A DNA stretch of 64,000 nucleotides. Source: Octopus sinensis. Taxonomy: Eukaryota. This document shows positions 25,841 to 38,899 of this stretch, piece after piece. Every line of letters begins with the position of its first letter. Position 1 is the first letter of the stretch. The position numbers were made by a program, and so were the translations under genes. Location of the stretch: NCBI RefSeq assembly GCF_006345805.1, contig NC_042998.1:55614001-55678000 (forward strand), in the 5' to 3' direction. The notes beneath the pieces are model-generated. The model was given only the letters and a program-made list of their open reading frames with translations. It ran no database searches and was not told where the DNA came from.

Positions 25841-25854
25841 GTGTGTGTGTGTGC

Positions 25855-25893
<39 letters not shown>

Positions 25894-25994
25894 ATTTTAC
25901 ACCTCATGCGAAATAGGAATTTTGAGAAAAATAGAAAGAGGAAGAGAGAAAAGGTAAGAGAGAAATAGGAAGGTATGAGAAAGAGAGTAAGGTA

Positions 25995-26037
<43 letters not shown>

Positions 26038-26814
26038 GAAGCAAAAAGAGGGAAAGTCTGATATACGTTTTTCCATTTGTTCAAACTATAGATTATGAGT
26101 AACACAAACAATAAAACCATATACACATAGAAAAACTGAAACAATGTAAATAAAAGGACAATGAATGAAGGTCCCTTTGCACTGGAATACAGGAAGACGT
26201 TTTCGTATTAGCTGACAATTCTGGGTGTCATTAGAGCGTAGGTAACACATATAACCTTTATCTGTTTTAGGTTACTCAGGGACAAATGGCTGTTAACAAC
26301 TTACATCACGTATATACTCCCACCTTCCTTTCACTCTCTGTCTCTTTATCATAAACACTGGCACAGAGAGAGGGAGAGAGTGGCGGGAGGAGACAGTGGC
26401 ACGCATACAAATGCGTAGACATTTTCAAAACAAAACAACATACTCATTTAAAATCCTTTTATAGAGCAAAATAACAATGTGATGCTTTCCATTGTTTTAA
26501 GGCCAAGTCTCATATTCCATTGAATATTCTGGAAATATATATCTGTGCACGCCTTCACAAACACTATTACGCACGACAACGCTCGACTTTATCAGTAGAA
26601 AAGTGTGGTGAATATTAGCTCCAATTGATAGCTGACGTATAATAAATTAGGAATCTAGGAATTGATTAATTTGTATGGAAATGTACTAAGTATTTATCAG
26701 GCAGTGATTTGAGTATACGCTTTTGATTATGGTTCAAAAAAGAATGAAGATGTTACAAAATGGTTAACACACACATATCAACCGATTTATCTCCTGTCTA
26801 AATATATATCTTTT

Positions 26815-27350
26815 ATCTTTTACTTGCTTCAGTCATTAGACTGCAATCATGCTGGGGTACCCTCTTGAAGAATTTTTAGTCGAATGAATCGACTCCAGCA
26901 CTCTTTTTAAAAGCCTGATACTTATTCTATCAGTTTGTCGTGCCAAATTGCTAAGTTATGGAGATGTAAATAAATCAATACCGGTTATCAAGCGGCGGTA
27001 TAGTGGAGCGCATATATATATATAATACAAAATGGCAAAATGGGATAAGAACGCAAAACATCCGGACAGTTAGGTGATACAAAAATGGGACAACAAAACA
27101 TCCAGATAGGCGATACAAAGAAATCAAGGACGGGTCATTCGAAGTTTTCTTTCCTCAATCAAGCACCATATTATCCTCGCAGGCTGATCAAAGCATTGTA
27201 AGTGGATTTTAAAAATCCACTTACAATGCTTTCGATCAGCCTGATACTATAATAGAAGACATTTGCCCAACGTGCCGCACAGTGGGAATGAACCCGGAAC
27301 CATGTGGTTGGGAAGCACAAGTTCTTACCACACAGCCACATCTTTGTCTT
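26815..27350 (-). mobile_element. SINE group A split by a PLE-like terminal fragment (~27020-27210)
   Basis: Tail at 26815-27000 and head at 27230-27350. Confidence 0.7.
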
Positions 27351-27427
27351 ACATATGAAACCTTAGGACTGAAATGTACCAAAGAATAAAAGAATATATT
27401 ATGTGTGTGTGTGTGTGTGTGCGTGCG

Positions 27428-27466
<39 letters not shown>

Positions 27467-27666
27467 CACATACACACATATATGTATATATATATATCTA
27501 TATGTACATATAAGTATATATATATATATATATACGTATATATACATATATGTATGTGTGTATAAATATGTATATATATATATATGTATATATATATGTA
27601 TGTATATATGTATATATATGTCTATATATGTATGTATACATCGACACACACACACACCACACACAT

Positions 27667-27706
<40 letters not shown>

Positions 27707-28369
27707 ACATACATATATAGCACCCAGGTGGTGCTATTAAGTTAGACATGGCCTGGGCCAATAATGACCGAAACCAATCAAAGTATCAAAGTATATATAT
27801 ACGACGGTCCGTTAACGATAATGTCTGGTAACCAAATTCACTCGTAAGGCATTGGTCTTCCTGACGCCATAGTTGAAGACCCTTGCTCAAGTTGACGCAC
27901 CGTGGGACTGATCCCGGAACTATGTGGTGAGAAAACAAAATTTTAGCATACAGCTACACACACACACACACACATACACATATATTCTTTGATCTGAAAA
28001 CGTAAATTAATCTATGTACAAAATTTCCATTTCTTGCAACAGATATTTGTGATAAAAAAAATAAAATAAAACATCCAAAAGTGGCGGATCGAGATATCCA
28101 ACGGTATATGGAATAAAGATTACTTTCCCACACCAAACTGTCACTTGCTGGCATCTTATGTTGAAAGACAACTTTTAGATTGGTTCTACGGCCATTCATT
28201 TATTTATTTATTTGCAAATGTTATTTATCTGTAACATTTTTTTGCAGCCAGTCCAAATAATTATCTTGTTGCTTTACTTCCCCCAAACATTCATCTTTTT
28301 TTTCTGGTTACTGTTCTTATTCTACATTAATTAAGCTTTTTCCTATATTTTTCAGTCAATAAACACAGG

Positions 28370-28590
28370 CCGCTAAGCGACGAGCTGGCAGGATCTTTGC
28401 CGCGCCAGGAAAAATGTTTATCGGTATTTCGTCCCTCTTTACTTTCTGAGTTCAAATTCCGCTGAGGTTAGCTTTGCCTTTCATTCCGTTCGGGATCCGA
28501 TAAAGTAAGTACCAGTCGAGGGCTACGGTCGATGTAATCGGCTAGTCCCCTCCTCCGAAATTTCAGGCCTTGTACCTATAGTAGAAAGGA
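28370..28590 (+). mobile_element. SINE group B, diverged
   Basis: GCGACGAGCTGGCAG...TTCTGAGTTCAAATTCCGCTGAGG. Confidence 0.8.
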
Positions 28591-28621
28591 TTGTTATTAC
28601 TATTAATGTGATGAGCTCTAA

Positions 28622-29074
28622 TCAATAGCTATAAAGCTGAAATGGGAAAAAGTTGTTTGATTTCTTGGTTATTTATCTCATTTTGGGGTGGTAACAGTTT
28701 AGATGGGGGTCGGATTGGCGCCAAAATTTATACTGTGGGTAAAATGGGGTGAGCAATGGTGTGAAGAGAGTTGCAAGTCGCTCGGGGCTACCGTTTGGTT
28801 GCCATGGTGAGGAATATGGAAAAAAATTGAGTTTTATAGGATAGACAGGTTGCGCCGTTTGAATAATGGTGGCTTTTCGTGTTGCTGCAGGGGCTAGAGG
28901 CGGTTATTTTTAATTGTGGGTGTAAAAATTTGGGGGATTTTGGAAAGTGGGGTAAAGAAGAGGGCAGTAAAAAGAACCAGGCAAAGAAGACGAACAAAAG
29001 AAGAAAGGGAAAAGGAGACAACACGCACAAAACAACACCACCACCAAAACCCGAGCACGGGTCAAAATAGCTAG
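28622..29074 (+). mobile_element. Non-autonomous Helitron-like element
   Basis: A|TCAATAGCTATAAAGCTGAA start, 3' hairpin ACCCG-AGCA-CGGGT, then CTAG|T. Confidence 0.65.
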
Positions 29075-29460
29075 TCTTAATATATGTTTCGACTAACTAA
29101 AATATCGCTAATATGAAGCACTTCATTATGTTAATTAGTTAATTTATTAAAACCTTATAAAACGGCTTCTTTTCAGAGAACGAAACAATTTAGGCCTGAA
29201 CTCGTGAAAAGATAAACAAATATACTTTACGATGGAGTAATGCTCATTTCAGAAATGATACATAAATCTTTATAAAAGAAATATTAAATCACATTGAAGA
29301 GAAATTGATGGACTATATATACCTGTGTGTGTGTGTAATTACCTCCTAACTACAGGTACTATTCTGTTAATATGCCTTCTCGCTTTCATCACCTCGTCAC
29401 AATCTCTCTTCCCTCTTTCTCTTTCTCTCCTAAGATTTAGAAATATTCTAAGTATTAAAC

Positions 29461-29690
29461 GTGGAGGCGCGTGGCTTAGTGGTTAGGGTGTCAGCATCAT
29501 GATCGTAAGATCGTGGTTTCGATTCCTGGACCGCGCGATGCCTTGTGTTCTTGAGCAAAACACTTCATTTCACGTTGCTCCAGTCCACTCAGCTGGCAAA
29601 AATGAGTAACGCTGCGATGAACTGGCGTCCCGTCCAGCTGGGGAACACATACGCCATGAGCCTGGCTAGGCTTTAAAACGGCGCATTTAT
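29461..29690 (+). mobile_element. SINE group C, young copy
   Basis: GGAGGCGCGTGGCTTAGTGGTTAGGG...GGTTTCGATTCC, followed by core and a distinct tail. Confidence 0.9.
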
Positions 29691-30699
29691 TTTTTATTAT
29701 AAGTATAAAATAACTGAGTAAACCACTAATCTACAAGCAAAAATTGAAATATTCAGTTACTGCTATTGTTGTTGCCGATTTTGTTGCTGCTGCTGCTGCT
29801 ACTCCTGCTGTTACTGATATTGCTGCTGCTGCTGCTGCTGCTGTTATTGTTTAATCCCAAGTCAATCCTGGTTGACTAGACTTACAATCGAAGTCACACT
29901 AACCGAAACCGTGGCATTTTTTATTTCAGAAGTTGTGTATCTGGGATTACATTATCTAAAATGGTCCTCCATTATTATGCTGGTACCCCGTCTTTAAGAT
30001 GTAGGTTGAGGTAGATTTCACTGCTATTTCTAGAGAAAGAGCGATCGCAAATCGGCTTCTTCTGTGGCGCATCAAATTTTCAGTACATTCTCATTTCATT
30101 TTATACCAGGTATTTTGTGAAGAAAAGTATCGTTAATTATAGGTTTCCATGGGGCCAATTATTCTGATATTATATGCAATTATTCTGATGATTACAACCA
30201 AATATTATAAAACATGAAAATTTTATTAATAGTATTTGAACTATATAAATTGTGGACCAAACTTGGTTTACAAAAATTATTAATTTGCAGAATATAAGCG
30301 CAATAAGAATCTTTGGAAACTAGCCAACACGTTCGTTATTTTCCATAACTGCCCTTATTTAGCAAAATTTTTCAGGAAAATAAAAAGACATTTGAAATTT
30401 GCACATCGTGCCTTTGTATTGAAATTTAGTGGTATTAACAGTGATGAAAGTAGTCCTTGAGCACCATTTTTCCAGTAATAACTATTATTATCATAAAAGC
30501 CAAATTGAAAACAGTTGTTCATTGAATCGTGTGAAGAAACGACGAATAAAAAAAAAACATTGTTTTGTGCCAGATTTCAAATTGATAATGGCATTCTGCT
30601 TCTTTTTTTTTTAATGTTAGAAAGGAAATAAAAAGGAAAAATTTAACATCTGGGTCAATATTTAACTGAAAACACCAAAACACTACGTAAATTTGACAC

Positions 30700-31800
30700 C
30701 TTGAAATAATAATAGAAAAAAATGACACTGAATTTGTCAAGTAATTGCTTCTATGAACTACATAATAGCTAAGGTTGAGTGACCTCTGAATGACTTCCTG
30801 TTTCTTGTTAACTAACAAAGGTTAAAGTAGGCTAGGAAAAATAATTTGATGGTCTATTTACAAGAAAGCCGATGGAGTGTCTTTATCTATGTGATTCAAT
30901 ATAATACTGCTTTTTCTATCTTTTTAAAGAAATTGAAAGTTGAAATATTTGATAAATTTTTTGCAAACTTTCTTTGAGAAACTTGTATCCATTGGCAGTA
31001 ACATGGCACCTAAGAATTTCTAATCCCATTTTTGTCAGTTATGTCAAAAACTACTGAATCAATTTTTTCGAACTTCTAGAAATTCAGATGCTCTATATTT
31101 TAAAAGACTGAGCATGTCTGGCGTGATATAACAAAGAGCATGTTCTTGTATAGAAAGCTCAATATGTAGTTTTTGTATTTACTGTCCCAAGATGAGTAAT
31201 ACTATTTTTTGATGTAACCGGGTTTATATGAGTGGATTTGGTAGACGGAAACTGAAAGAAGCCTGTCGTATATATGTATATATATATATGTATGTGTGTG
31301 TATGTGTTTGTGTGTCTGAGTTTGTTCCCCCAACATCGCTTGGCAACCGATGCTGGTGTGTTTACGTCACCGTAACTTAGCGGTTCGGCAAAAGAGACTG
31401 ATAGAATAAGTACTAGGCTGACAAAGAATAAGTCCTGGGGTAGATTTGTCCGACTAAAGGCTGTGCTCCAGCATGGCCGCAGTCAAATGACTGAAACAAG
31501 TAAAAGAAAGACACAAATTTATTCATTATACACCCAGGGTAGAAAGATTAGATTTATCTTCAGCAGGTTACAATATTAGTCTTTACAACCTTAATTTGAA
31601 AGCTCTTTGATTTGTCTGGTATTGAAATACTCTGGCCATTAGGCTGTATGTGAGGTCTACTTCACAGTAGCGATGCGATTTGTAAATTTCCGTGATTGTG
31701 TATAGTGAAAGACCTCTAACTGAGCAAACCAGCAATTTATCAAGGTTCAGTAGACACTTTTTTTCTGTATAATTTACGCCTTGAACACTCATGCCGAGCA
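30700..31800 (+). pseudogene. Possible highly eroded PLE RT (interrupted by a SINE)
   Basis: Weak ordered traces DGLFTRKP, GSNMAP, VWRDITKSMF and RLDL..ISLY, resembling DVxSLYTNIP, GTxMAP, WxRYIDDIF and FLD..TSLY. Confidence 0.3.
31215..31510 (+). mobile_element. SINE group A, 5'-truncated
   Basis: GAGTGGATTTGGTAGACGGAAAC ... CAGTCAAATGACTGAAAC. Confidence 0.9.
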
Positions 31801-31869
31801 CACGCTTCCTTTCATATACATTTTTCGAACAAAATATTCATACAGTATGCATAATGTTGCAATGATAAT

Positions 31870-31953
<84 letters not shown>

Positions 31954-31954
<1 letters not shown>

Positions 31955-33770
31955 CCATGATGTTGTACCAGGCACTGGCTCTCATGGCTTCAGATCTTAA
32001 CTGATTGGAAGTGTTATCATGTACATGCTTTGCCTTAGTATAAAAGATGGTCTAATATTCTGTTTAATACCACAGCAGATATTCTGCTCAAATACTCTAC
32101 CTGTCAGTTGTTTGATCTTAATCAGTTCAGCTGACGATATGTGCATCTTTGATCACGAGAAGTAGTGAGGAAGCATTATAACCATGTGTTGGGAGGAATT
32201 CTTTGGGTTCTGAATAATTCACCTCTGGAAACATGGGTGTTTCATTCAGTATTCTTAAACAACCCTTATTCAGGGATCTTTTGACTGGGATGGGCTACTC
32301 GACCTGTAAAATATTTTAACTGGGACCCACATTCAAAGTGGTGCGTTGTTTATCTTGATATGAGATCATGTCATGCACATATGGTTGTGATGCATGTACC
32401 TGGTGTACCCTTATCAGACGGGTAGTCATGATGGGTATACTGGGCATGTCACTTTGATTGGTATCCACTGCTCTCTCACTAAATAATAATATTATTCATG
32501 GGATGAACCAATATGTATGTAAGTATATATATTTATAATAATAATAATAATAATAAAATAATAATAATAATAATGCCATGATGTTGTACCAGGCACTGGC
32601 TCTCATGGCTTCAGATCTTAACTGATTGGAAGTGTTATCATGTACATGCTTTGCCTTAGTATAAAAGATGGTCTAATATTCTGTTTAATACCACAGCAGA
32701 TATTCTGCTCAAATACTCTACCTGTCAGTTGTTTGATCTTAATCAGTTCAGCTGACGATATGTGCATCTTTGATCACGAGAAGTAGTGAGGAAGCATTAT
32801 AACCATGTGTTGGGAGGAATTCTTTGGGTTCTGAATAATTCACCTCTGGAAACATGGGTGTTTCATTCAGTATTCTTAAACAACCCTTATTCAGGGATCT
32901 TTTGACTGGGATGGGCTACTCGACCTGTAAAATATTTTAACTGGGACCCACATTCAAAGTGGTGCGTTGTTTATCTTGATATGAGATCATGTCATGCACA
33001 TATGGTTGTGATGCATGTACCTGGTGTACCCTTATCAGACGGGTAGTCATGATGGGTATACTGGGCATGTCACTTTGATTGGTATCCACTGCTCTCTCAC
33101 TAAATAATAATATTATTCATGGGATGAACCAATATGTATGTAAGTATATATATTTATAATAATAATAATAATAATAAATAATAATAATAATGCCATGATG
33201 TTGTACCAGGCACTGGCTCTCATGGCTTCAGATCTTAACTGATTGGAAGTGTTATCATGTACATGCTTTGCCTTAGTATAAAAGATGGTCTAATATTCTG
33301 TTTAATACCACAGCAGATATTCTGCTCAAATACTCTACCTGTCAGTTGTTTGATCTTAATCAGTTCAGCTGACGATATGTGCATCTTGATCACGAGAAGT
33401 AGTGAGGAAGCATTATAACCATGTGTTGGGAGGAATTCTTTGGGTTCTGAATAATTCACCCCTGGAAACATGGGTGTTTCATTCAGTATTCTTAAACAAC
33501 CCTTATTCAGGGATCTTTTGACTGGGATGGGCTACTCGACCTGTAAAATATTTTAACTGGGACCCACATTCAAAGTGGTGCGTTGTTTATCTTGATATGA
33601 GATCATGTCATGCACATATGGTTGTGATGCATGTACCTGGTGTACCCTTATCAGACGGGTAGTCATGATGAGTATACTGGGCATGTCACTTTGATTGGTA
33701 TCCACTGCTCTCTCACTAAATAATAATATTATTCATGGGATGAACCAATATGTATGTAAGTATATATATT

Positions 33771-33803
<33 letters not shown>
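31954..33803 (+). repeat. Tandem triplication (~620-bp unit) of the AAT-associated element plus flank
   Basis: Units start at 31954, 32575 and 33192. Units 1 and 2 look identical outside the AAT run. Unit 3 shows a 1-nt deletion and 2 substitutions. Confidence 0.97.
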
Positions 33804-33892
33804 TTCTTTAGTAACCACAAGAAAAACATTATGGACATTACAGGACAAAACAAAGAATGTGTGTGTGTGAGTGTGTGTGTGTGTGTGTGTGT

Positions 33893-33926
<34 letters not shown>

Positions 33927-33974
33927 GTGAGGGTTTTGCATGAAAACAAGATCAACAATAATAATAACAATAAT

Positions 33975-34160
33975 TTTTCTATCAAAGGGACACGGCCTGA
34001 AAATTTGGAGAGGGGGCTAGATTACATCGACCCAGTGTTCAATTGATACTTATTTTATCGACTCACCCCCATTCCAAAAAGATGAATAACAAAATTGACC
34101 TTGACAGAATTTGAACTCAGAACGTAATGATTTGTAAGAAACGCCGCTAAGCATTTAAGT
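33975..34160 (-). mobile_element. SINE group B, diverged
   Basis: GATTACATCGACCCAG...GAATTTGAACTCAGAACG. Confidence 0.8.
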
Positions 34161-34486
34161 CGATGCGCCAGGTATTTAATCTAAGTACTCAGGAGGAACA
34201 ATAAACGCACGAAACAATTATTCCGCGAATTTCATGTCTGAATTTCTTAGTGAAAGACTAGCTTTTACATATGTTGAATTAATTAAATGTAGAAGTTGTA
34301 AATATTCATAGAAAAATTTCTGTCATAAATATTATCTCTGCGGAAGAGGTCACCAACTATCGGGTCACAGATCAGTACTAGGCCGGGGTCATTTGATATT
34401 GAGTCGCACAGAAAGAATAAGTTTTTTATATTTAGTTTCTATTTCATCACTATCGCAGTTTGTATGGTGTTTTTGCATTATAAATG

Positions 34487-34598
34487 ATGACTTCAAAAGA
34501 TATATTTTTAAAACATCTGACTTCATAATGAAAATGATAGGAGCTCAAACTCATTAATGACACTAACTTTGGATTTGCTGTTATTTAGAGAATTCCCG
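34487..34598 (+). repeat. Dispersed ~110-bp repeat, second copy at ~37726-37837
   Basis: ATGACTTCAAAAGATAT...ATGAAAATGATAGGAGCTCAAACTCATTAATGACAC is shared by both copies. Confidence 0.85.
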
Positions 34599-34627
34599 TT
34601 TTATGACGTTTTTGCATTATACATATA

Positions 34628-34852
34628 TCTCTATATCTATAAACGGCAAAATGTCTGTGTATCTGTGTGTCTGTGTGTCCTTTATACAAATACACAGTTT
34701 TCACGTAAAAGGTTCGCATTTTCTATGGGCTTTCAGAACTGTCTGAGGGTGGTCGTGAAGATCTTTTCATTTCCCCATTCACCCCAGAAAGCCATTAAAA
34801 AATCGACAAACCGACTAGCACTAGACCAGGCAACGCCGAGTCACAGTGCTAG
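34628..34852 (+). mobile_element. Non-autonomous Helitron-like element
   Basis: A|TCTCTATATCTATAAA start; GAC.AGGCAACGCC.AGTC hairpin; CTAG|T end. Confidence 0.78.
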
Positions 34853-34874
34853 TGTATTATACATGTAATTGCTG

Positions 34875-35130
34875 AGAGGGCACGTGGGTTGGTGGTTAGC
34901 GTGTTGTACTCACACTTGTGAGATCGTGCTTTCGATTCCCGGACCGAACGGTAGTTGGGGCTCTTGAACAAAACACTTCATTTCATATTGCTCTATGATC
35001 ACTTCGATACCTTACGTGTGGCACACCGTGCACCTGTATAGCTGATGTGGGTTTTATGGGGTGAGTGAGCTAATGGGCATCACAAGCATTTGATAACTAT
35101 GATCAAACCATAAGACCGGAGAGAGTCCAC
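34875..35130 (+). mobile_element. SINE group C with another tail variant
   Basis: GAGGGCACGTGGGTTGGTGGTTAG head and CAAAACACTTCATTTCA core. Confidence 0.8.
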
Positions 35131-35154
35131 TTCAATTAATTAATGAAATGATAG

Positions 35155-35760
35155 GCGCAGGCACGACTGTGTGGTAAGAAGCTTGCTTCCCAACCACATG
35201 GTTCCGGGTTCAATACCTATTTCTTTACTACCCACAAGGAGCTAAACACAGAGAGGACAGACAAGGAGATTAAGTCGATTACATCGACCCCAGTGCGTAA
35301 CTGGTACTTAATTTATCGACCCCGAAAGGATGAAAGGCAAAGTCGACCTCGGCGGAATTTGAACTCAGAACGTAACGGCAGACGAAATACGGCTACGCAT
35401 TTCGTGGCACCTTGGGAAAGTGTCTTCTACTATGTCTTCGGGCCGACCAAAGCCTTGTGAGTGGATTTAGTTGACGGAAACCGAAAGAAGCCCGTCATAT
35501 ATATATGTGTGTGTATATATTTGTGTGTGTATGTGTCTGTTTGCCCCACCACCACCACCACCACCATCACTTGACAACCGATGCAGGTGTGTTTACGTCA
35601 TCGTAACTTGGCAGTTCGGTAAAAGAGACCAATACAATAAGTACTAGGCTTACAAAGAATAAGTACTGGAGTCGATTTCTTCGACTAAAATCCTTTAAGA
35701 TGGTGCTCCAGCATGGCTGCAGTCAAATGACTAAAACACGTAAAAGAATAAAAAAGATAT
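35155..35760 (+). mobile_element. SINE group A with a nested antisense group B SINE (35216-35402)
   Basis: Group A head stops after GGGTTCAATACC and resumes at GTGGCACCTTGGG (35403). Confidence 0.9.
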
Positions 35761-35856
35761 ATTATGCACTTTATTGTGTTTCGTTATAATAATAATAATG
35801 GAACACCCTCCCACGAGACGAGTGGTGTTCCATTATTATTAATATTATTATTATTA

Positions 35857-37384
35857 TTCTATGTTTGACTTTTGCTTTATATTTGTACAAGTTGGCTCCA
35901 AGTCTCACCCAGAGACCTCAAGAGACAACAGGGTTGGAAGTTCATGTTGTTGTAATGCCTAGTGTGCCATATATTTGGGGTGGGTGGGGATGTTGTACTA
36001 ATGAATGTCTAAAAAAAAAAAAAAAAATTTTTTTTTTTTTTTTTTTTTTTTAAACCGAAAATTATGGTTGTTTTAAACCTTGAGGTACATAGATAGTATT
36101 TTGCGTAGGATATGAGCAATTCCCATGAGCACTATCTTTTGAACTTCTGCCATTTTTGGGTTTCCTGGTATCTGAGTTAGGTAGCTATCAGCCCCTTTTG
36201 CTATCATTCCCAGGCACCTATGACAACAGGTATTGTTTTAGTCTTCAGCTTCCACATTTTGCTGATTTCTATTTCAAGATCTTTATATTTGCTCAGTTTT
36301 TGGTAGGTCCTGACAGATACGTTTATATCGATTGGGACAGTCATATCAATGAGGAGGCATGTTCTTTGTTTGAAGTCTTTCAATATGATGTCTGGCCTAT
36401 TTGCATCTATCTTCCTGTCAGTTTGAATGGTGAAGTTCCAGAGGAGTGAGATGTGGTCATTTTCAAGCACTGGGGGTGGTTTGTGTTCCCACCAGTTTTT
36501 CTCATGGGGCAACTCCAGGTTTTTACAGATTACCCAGTGAATATATTGTGCAGCTCTATCGTGCCTGTTGAGATAGTCTGTAGGCGCTAGAAGACTGCAC
36601 TTGGAGACCACATGGTCAATGGTTTCATTTTGTTGCTTGCATACACGACACGTTGGACTGCTTCTGATCTTTAATATGTTGGCCTGGTAGTTTCTTGTTG
36701 GTAGGCATTGATCTTGAGCTGCTATGATAAACCCCTCTGTTTCAGATTTTAAGCCAGAGGCCATTAGCCATTGATGGGTCAGGGCTTTGTCGATATCTGC
36801 ATTATTCGCTCTCTTTGGGTATTTGCCGTAGAGAGGTTTTTCTTGCCATTTATTATTCAGAATATCTAAGGCCGCAGTTTTGGCACGGGTTTTCATGCGC
36901 CTAGCTTTTTCTGTGCTTGTTTCTTGTATGTCTATCTCTAATTCCGAAATTGGTTGTATTCGGAATTCACTTAGATATTCCTTTGCCTGTTTTGTTACTG
37001 AGTATGATGCTTTCTTGTTTTCATGTTTTGAGACAAGTTTTAACATCCAGTCCTCAGACTTTTTCAGGTAGGTGTCTAGGCCAATTGTAGCAATCTTCAT
37101 TGTTATTGCCAGTTGCAAAAGACCACGGCCTCCCTCTTTTCTTGGCAGATAGAGTCGTTCTGTATCTGCCTTAGGGTGGTGCATTCTATGCATTGTCAAC
37201 AGTTTCCTTATTTTTCTGTCGAGCTGACATATTTCAGTAATTGACCAGTTAACAATATTGAAACTGTAAGTCACGACTGGTATAGCTAATGCATTGATTG
37301 CTTCGATCCTGTTTCTTGCATTCAGCTCTGTCTTGAGTATTGCTCTCTGTTTCTTGCATTCAGCTCTGTCTTGAGTATTGCTCT
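35857..37384 (-). mobile_element. 5'-truncated R4/Dong-clade non-LTR retrotransposon inserted in (AAT)n
   Basis: Late RT, CCHC knuckle and RLE domains, 3' UTR, and (AAT)n on the sense strand at both junctions. Confidence 0.93.
36073..37346 (-). pseudogene. R4/Dong ORF C-terminal part (late RT, CCHC zinc knuckle, restriction-like endonuclease)
   Basis: RAILKTELNARNRIEAINALAIPVVTYSF, LYLPRKEGGRGL, CRVC..ETIDHVVSKC, RHD, RPDI, IDM, KLSKYKDL. One 1-nt frameshift near 36213 (GA-LGM), then GMIAKG...ILRKILSMYLKV*. Confidence 0.93.
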
Positions 37385-37385
37385 C

Positions 37386-37430
<45 letters not shown>

Positions 37431-38498
37431 TATTATTATTATTCCTATAACAGTTGTGCACGTGATGTTTCAGGGCGTGTAAAAATTGCTTTGCATGGAA
37501 CAAGACCGTGATGCAAAAAAGGGTTGGTGACAACTGCTCCTCCCGATTTCTCCTCTTACCATAAATAGCAGTCAAATTCCATCGAGTCACCCTTTGGGAA
37601 ACATAAGGTAACCTAAATATACAAATATTTGGGATAGGCAAAGCTGGGACGTTTTTGATCATAAGTGAACTACCAATGGCAACATGAGGCCCAACAACAA
37701 CTGGATAACAGTGTTTATGTATCTCATGACTTCAAAAGATATGCTTTATAAAACATTTGACATCATGATGAAAATGATAGGAGCTCAAACTCATTAATGA
37801 CACCACCTTTGAATTTGTTGTTATTTAGTGAATTCCTGATTTTGATAAGGATTCACAGAAAGTTTTCACATGTCCAAGAACATAGGAATAAAAAAAATAA
37901 CTTCTCAATGTCATCTGTCATTTCTGAATTTGTGTGCGTATGTTTGTGTTTTGTACGTATGCGCATGTGTATAAGTTTTTGTCTCCCTTCCAGTATCAGA
38001 AATTTGTATCGTATGTCATGAACATTTTTACATTTCTAATCCTCTATATTTGCTTTCATAGTTCGTAAGCATTTCTTTTCTTTTCTTTCTGTTTTTTTTT
38101 TTTTTTTTTTTTTCATTTTTACAAAATATTTCCATATGTGTATTGTCATGATAAGAACAGTAACGACTCATTTACTATTTGAAATCCGAGTTTTGCTATT
38201 TGCATGTCATTCTTTCTTCAGTGAATATCTGATTTACAAAAAAAGAAATAAAAAACGAAAATGTAACTATATTTGAAAAGTTACTGGACTTCAGTAATCT
38301 CTATTATTTCTACAGAAGTAACACTTCTAAATAAATAAGTGCTGAAGATGGAGAGATTAAAAATTCAACTAAAATTAATCAGCTGTCATCACGGCTGCTT
38401 AAAGTTGTATATTTTTCATAGTAGTACATTAGACATAATTTGAAGCTTGCTATCAATTTAGGTATTAAAACGGCTGCCCTAGTGGAAAAATTTGAAAC

Positions 38499-38535
<37 letters not shown>

Positions 38536-38536
38536 A

Positions 38537-38588
<52 letters not shown>

Positions 38589-38605
38589 CATTATTATTAT
38601 TATTA

Positions 38606-38860
38606 TTATTGAGTGAGAGAGCAGCGCATGCCATCAAAGTGACACTGGAGTAAAATATACGAAGCCCAGTACACTTATCATGACTACCCGTCTGGTTAGG
38701 GTACACGAGGCACATCCATTACAACCATGTGTGCGCGACATGGTGATCTTATATCGAGATAAACATGACCTTGCTGGTAGGGCCCAGTCAGAAGTTTCTT
38801 CAGGTCGATTGGTCCATCCCACTCAAAAGGTCCCTGAATAAGGTCTGTTTAAGGATGAGG
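38606..38860 (-). mobile_element. 3' half of the AAT-associated element
   Basis: Reverse complement ends CTCTCTCACTC(AAT)n. AAT array at 38500-38610. Confidence 0.88.
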
Positions 38861-38899
38861 ATGTTGTTGTTGCTGTTATCATTTATAGTTTCCTTTCAT

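Noticed and set aside
29461-29535. tRNA-like sequence (also other SINE heads)
   Set aside because: No complete cloverleaf, and it continues into the SINE core.
31954-33803. Repeat-spacer periodicity reminiscent of CRISPR
   Set aside because: Units are ~620 bp with identical spacers, and there are no cas genes.
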